A stretch of 32,000 nucleotides of DNA from Acinetobacter phage vB_AbaM_B09_Aci01-1. This document shows, in pieces, positions 31,029-32,000 of the stretch (its first letter is position 1; each line of letters opens with the position of its first letter). Position numbers and translations under genes: made by a program. The DNA lies in sequence record NC_048074.1, one strand, 5' to 3'. The notes below the pieces were generated by a model. It had not been told where the DNA came from, did not search any database, and saw only the letters and a list, made by a program, of their open reading frames with translations.

Positions 31029-31462
31029 ATTTTGATTTAATTGATAAGATTTTGCAGAAGGTTGGCTTCTACAATTTTGACCCATCTGATGTTGATTTTA
31101 TCGTTGCTGGATATAGCATGACAGATTTCACAAGGCTGAGCATTACACCCACTCAAAAAAGAGTCACTATTCAAGGTATTGACAAATTCTACCACACATA
31201 CGTCAAAGTTCCACACTACTACAAGATTTCATTTGACCTACTTCCAGTATGTAAGGATGTACAGGTTATGGAGGAGCTTAGTATGGTCCTAGATGAGTTA
31301 GGTGGTGGATTTGAGGTCATTATCAAAAGTAATGGTAGGTTCGTCGGTAATTTTAGGTGTTACTTCGAAGCAGACTCAGCTGACATGTTTACAGAAGAGG
31401 CTACAGACAAAACATATGAGATGGTGGCCGTGAAGATTTCTGAAGGTATCAGACAAGCATAA
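31010..31462 (+). CDS. hypothetical tail protein, possibly a third tube-fold paralog
   Basis: 150 aa. It overlaps the previous gene by 19 nt; an alternative TTG start is at 31025. The resemblance to the two upstream genes is weaker (SMTDFTRLSITP...YKISFDLL). Confidence 0.45.
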   Translation: MEEFILNFDLIDKILQKVGFYNFDPSDVDFIVAGYSMTDFTRLSITPTQKRVTIQGIDKFYHTYVKVPHYYKISFDLLPVCKDVQVMEELSMVLDELGGGFEVIIKSNGRFVGNFRCYFEADSADMFTEEATDKTYEMVAVKISEGIRQA

Positions 31463-31475
31463 CAGGAGAATTAAG

Positions 31476-31961
31476 ATGAATTTTGGTTTAAACCCAAAGG
31501 TTAGAGATTTTGAGGGTAAAGACGGACAGCGTGTTGTTAACTACGATGATGGTGCTCGTATTTACTCGATTAAGCCGTTCAAAGGTAAGAAAGGTACTAT
31601 CGCAGCTGCCAAGTTAACAAAGTATGTTTCTGAGTCATTTGGTGGCGTTCTGGTTGGTGTTCTTGATCAGATCGACGGTGGTACAGATGTTGAGAAACTT
31701 GATGCTGTAGGATTCATGATCTCTGGTATTTTAGATGGAGCTTTTAAGAGCCTTGATGATCCACAACTTCACGAGTTCTACTTCTCATTGTTCGATGAAG
31801 TTTACCGTGATGGTCAGCGCATTGAATATGATGATGAGTTCAAGCTTGAACAAGAGTATGCAATTGACTTGGTAAGACACATCGTTACATACAACTTTAA
31901 ATCGGTTTTTCAGCGTCTCGGTATCGCTGCACTCTTAAAGAAAAAGGTGTCGGAAGAGTAA
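31476..31961 (+). CDS. hypothetical tail protein (tail assembly chaperone position)
   Basis: AGGAG RBS. 161 aa, acidic. This is the position typical of genes that precede a tape-measure gene. The tape-measure gene, if present, lies beyond the window. Confidence 0.4.
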   Translation: MNFGLNPKVRDFEGKDGQRVVNYDDGARIYSIKPFKGKKGTIAAAKLTKYVSESFGGVLVGVLDQIDGGTDVEKLDAVGFMISGILDGAFKSLDDPQLHEFYFSLFDEVYRDGQRIEYDDEFKLEQEYAIDLVRHIVTYNFKSVFQRLGIAALLKKKVSEE

Positions 31962-32000
31962 GCGATTCGAGGGTAAACAATAAAGAGTTTGAGAGATTAG

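Overview
This window looks like part of a lytic tailed-phage genome, AT-rich by eye, with sigma70-type promoters, Shine-Dalgarno sites and a lipobox that point to a Gram-negative host. All family names are recalled from motif patterns; no database search was possible.

There are four blocks.
1. 1-6480: an early region of small genes, mostly leftward. It has near-consensus TTGACA-16/17-TGnTAxxxT promoters, intrinsic terminators and several unannotated mini-ORFs of 32-48 aa that look membrane-spanning.
2. 6480-7200: a divergent promoter hub containing a duplicated promoter cassette.
3. 7250-11620: a plus-strand tRNA array. It holds 15 tRNAs I could fold by hand, all with encoded CCA. It also holds one aberrant tRNA-like gene, orphan T-arm fragments, an HNH homing endonuclease and a GroES-like gene. 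Its unusually long spacers include three closed by 17-27 bp stems.
4. 11626-32000: thioredoxin, then a lambda-like head module (small terminase candidate, TerL, portal, S49 protease with a C-terminal scaffold, decoration candidate, major capsid). This is followed by a 2211-aa fibrous protein, head-tail joining genes, a sheath-like protein and three tube-like paralogs.

The least explained signal is the set of stem-closed, non-tRNA spacer RNAs inside the tRNA array. I can show the structures but not their function. No CRISPR array, rRNA, integrase or transposase was seen.
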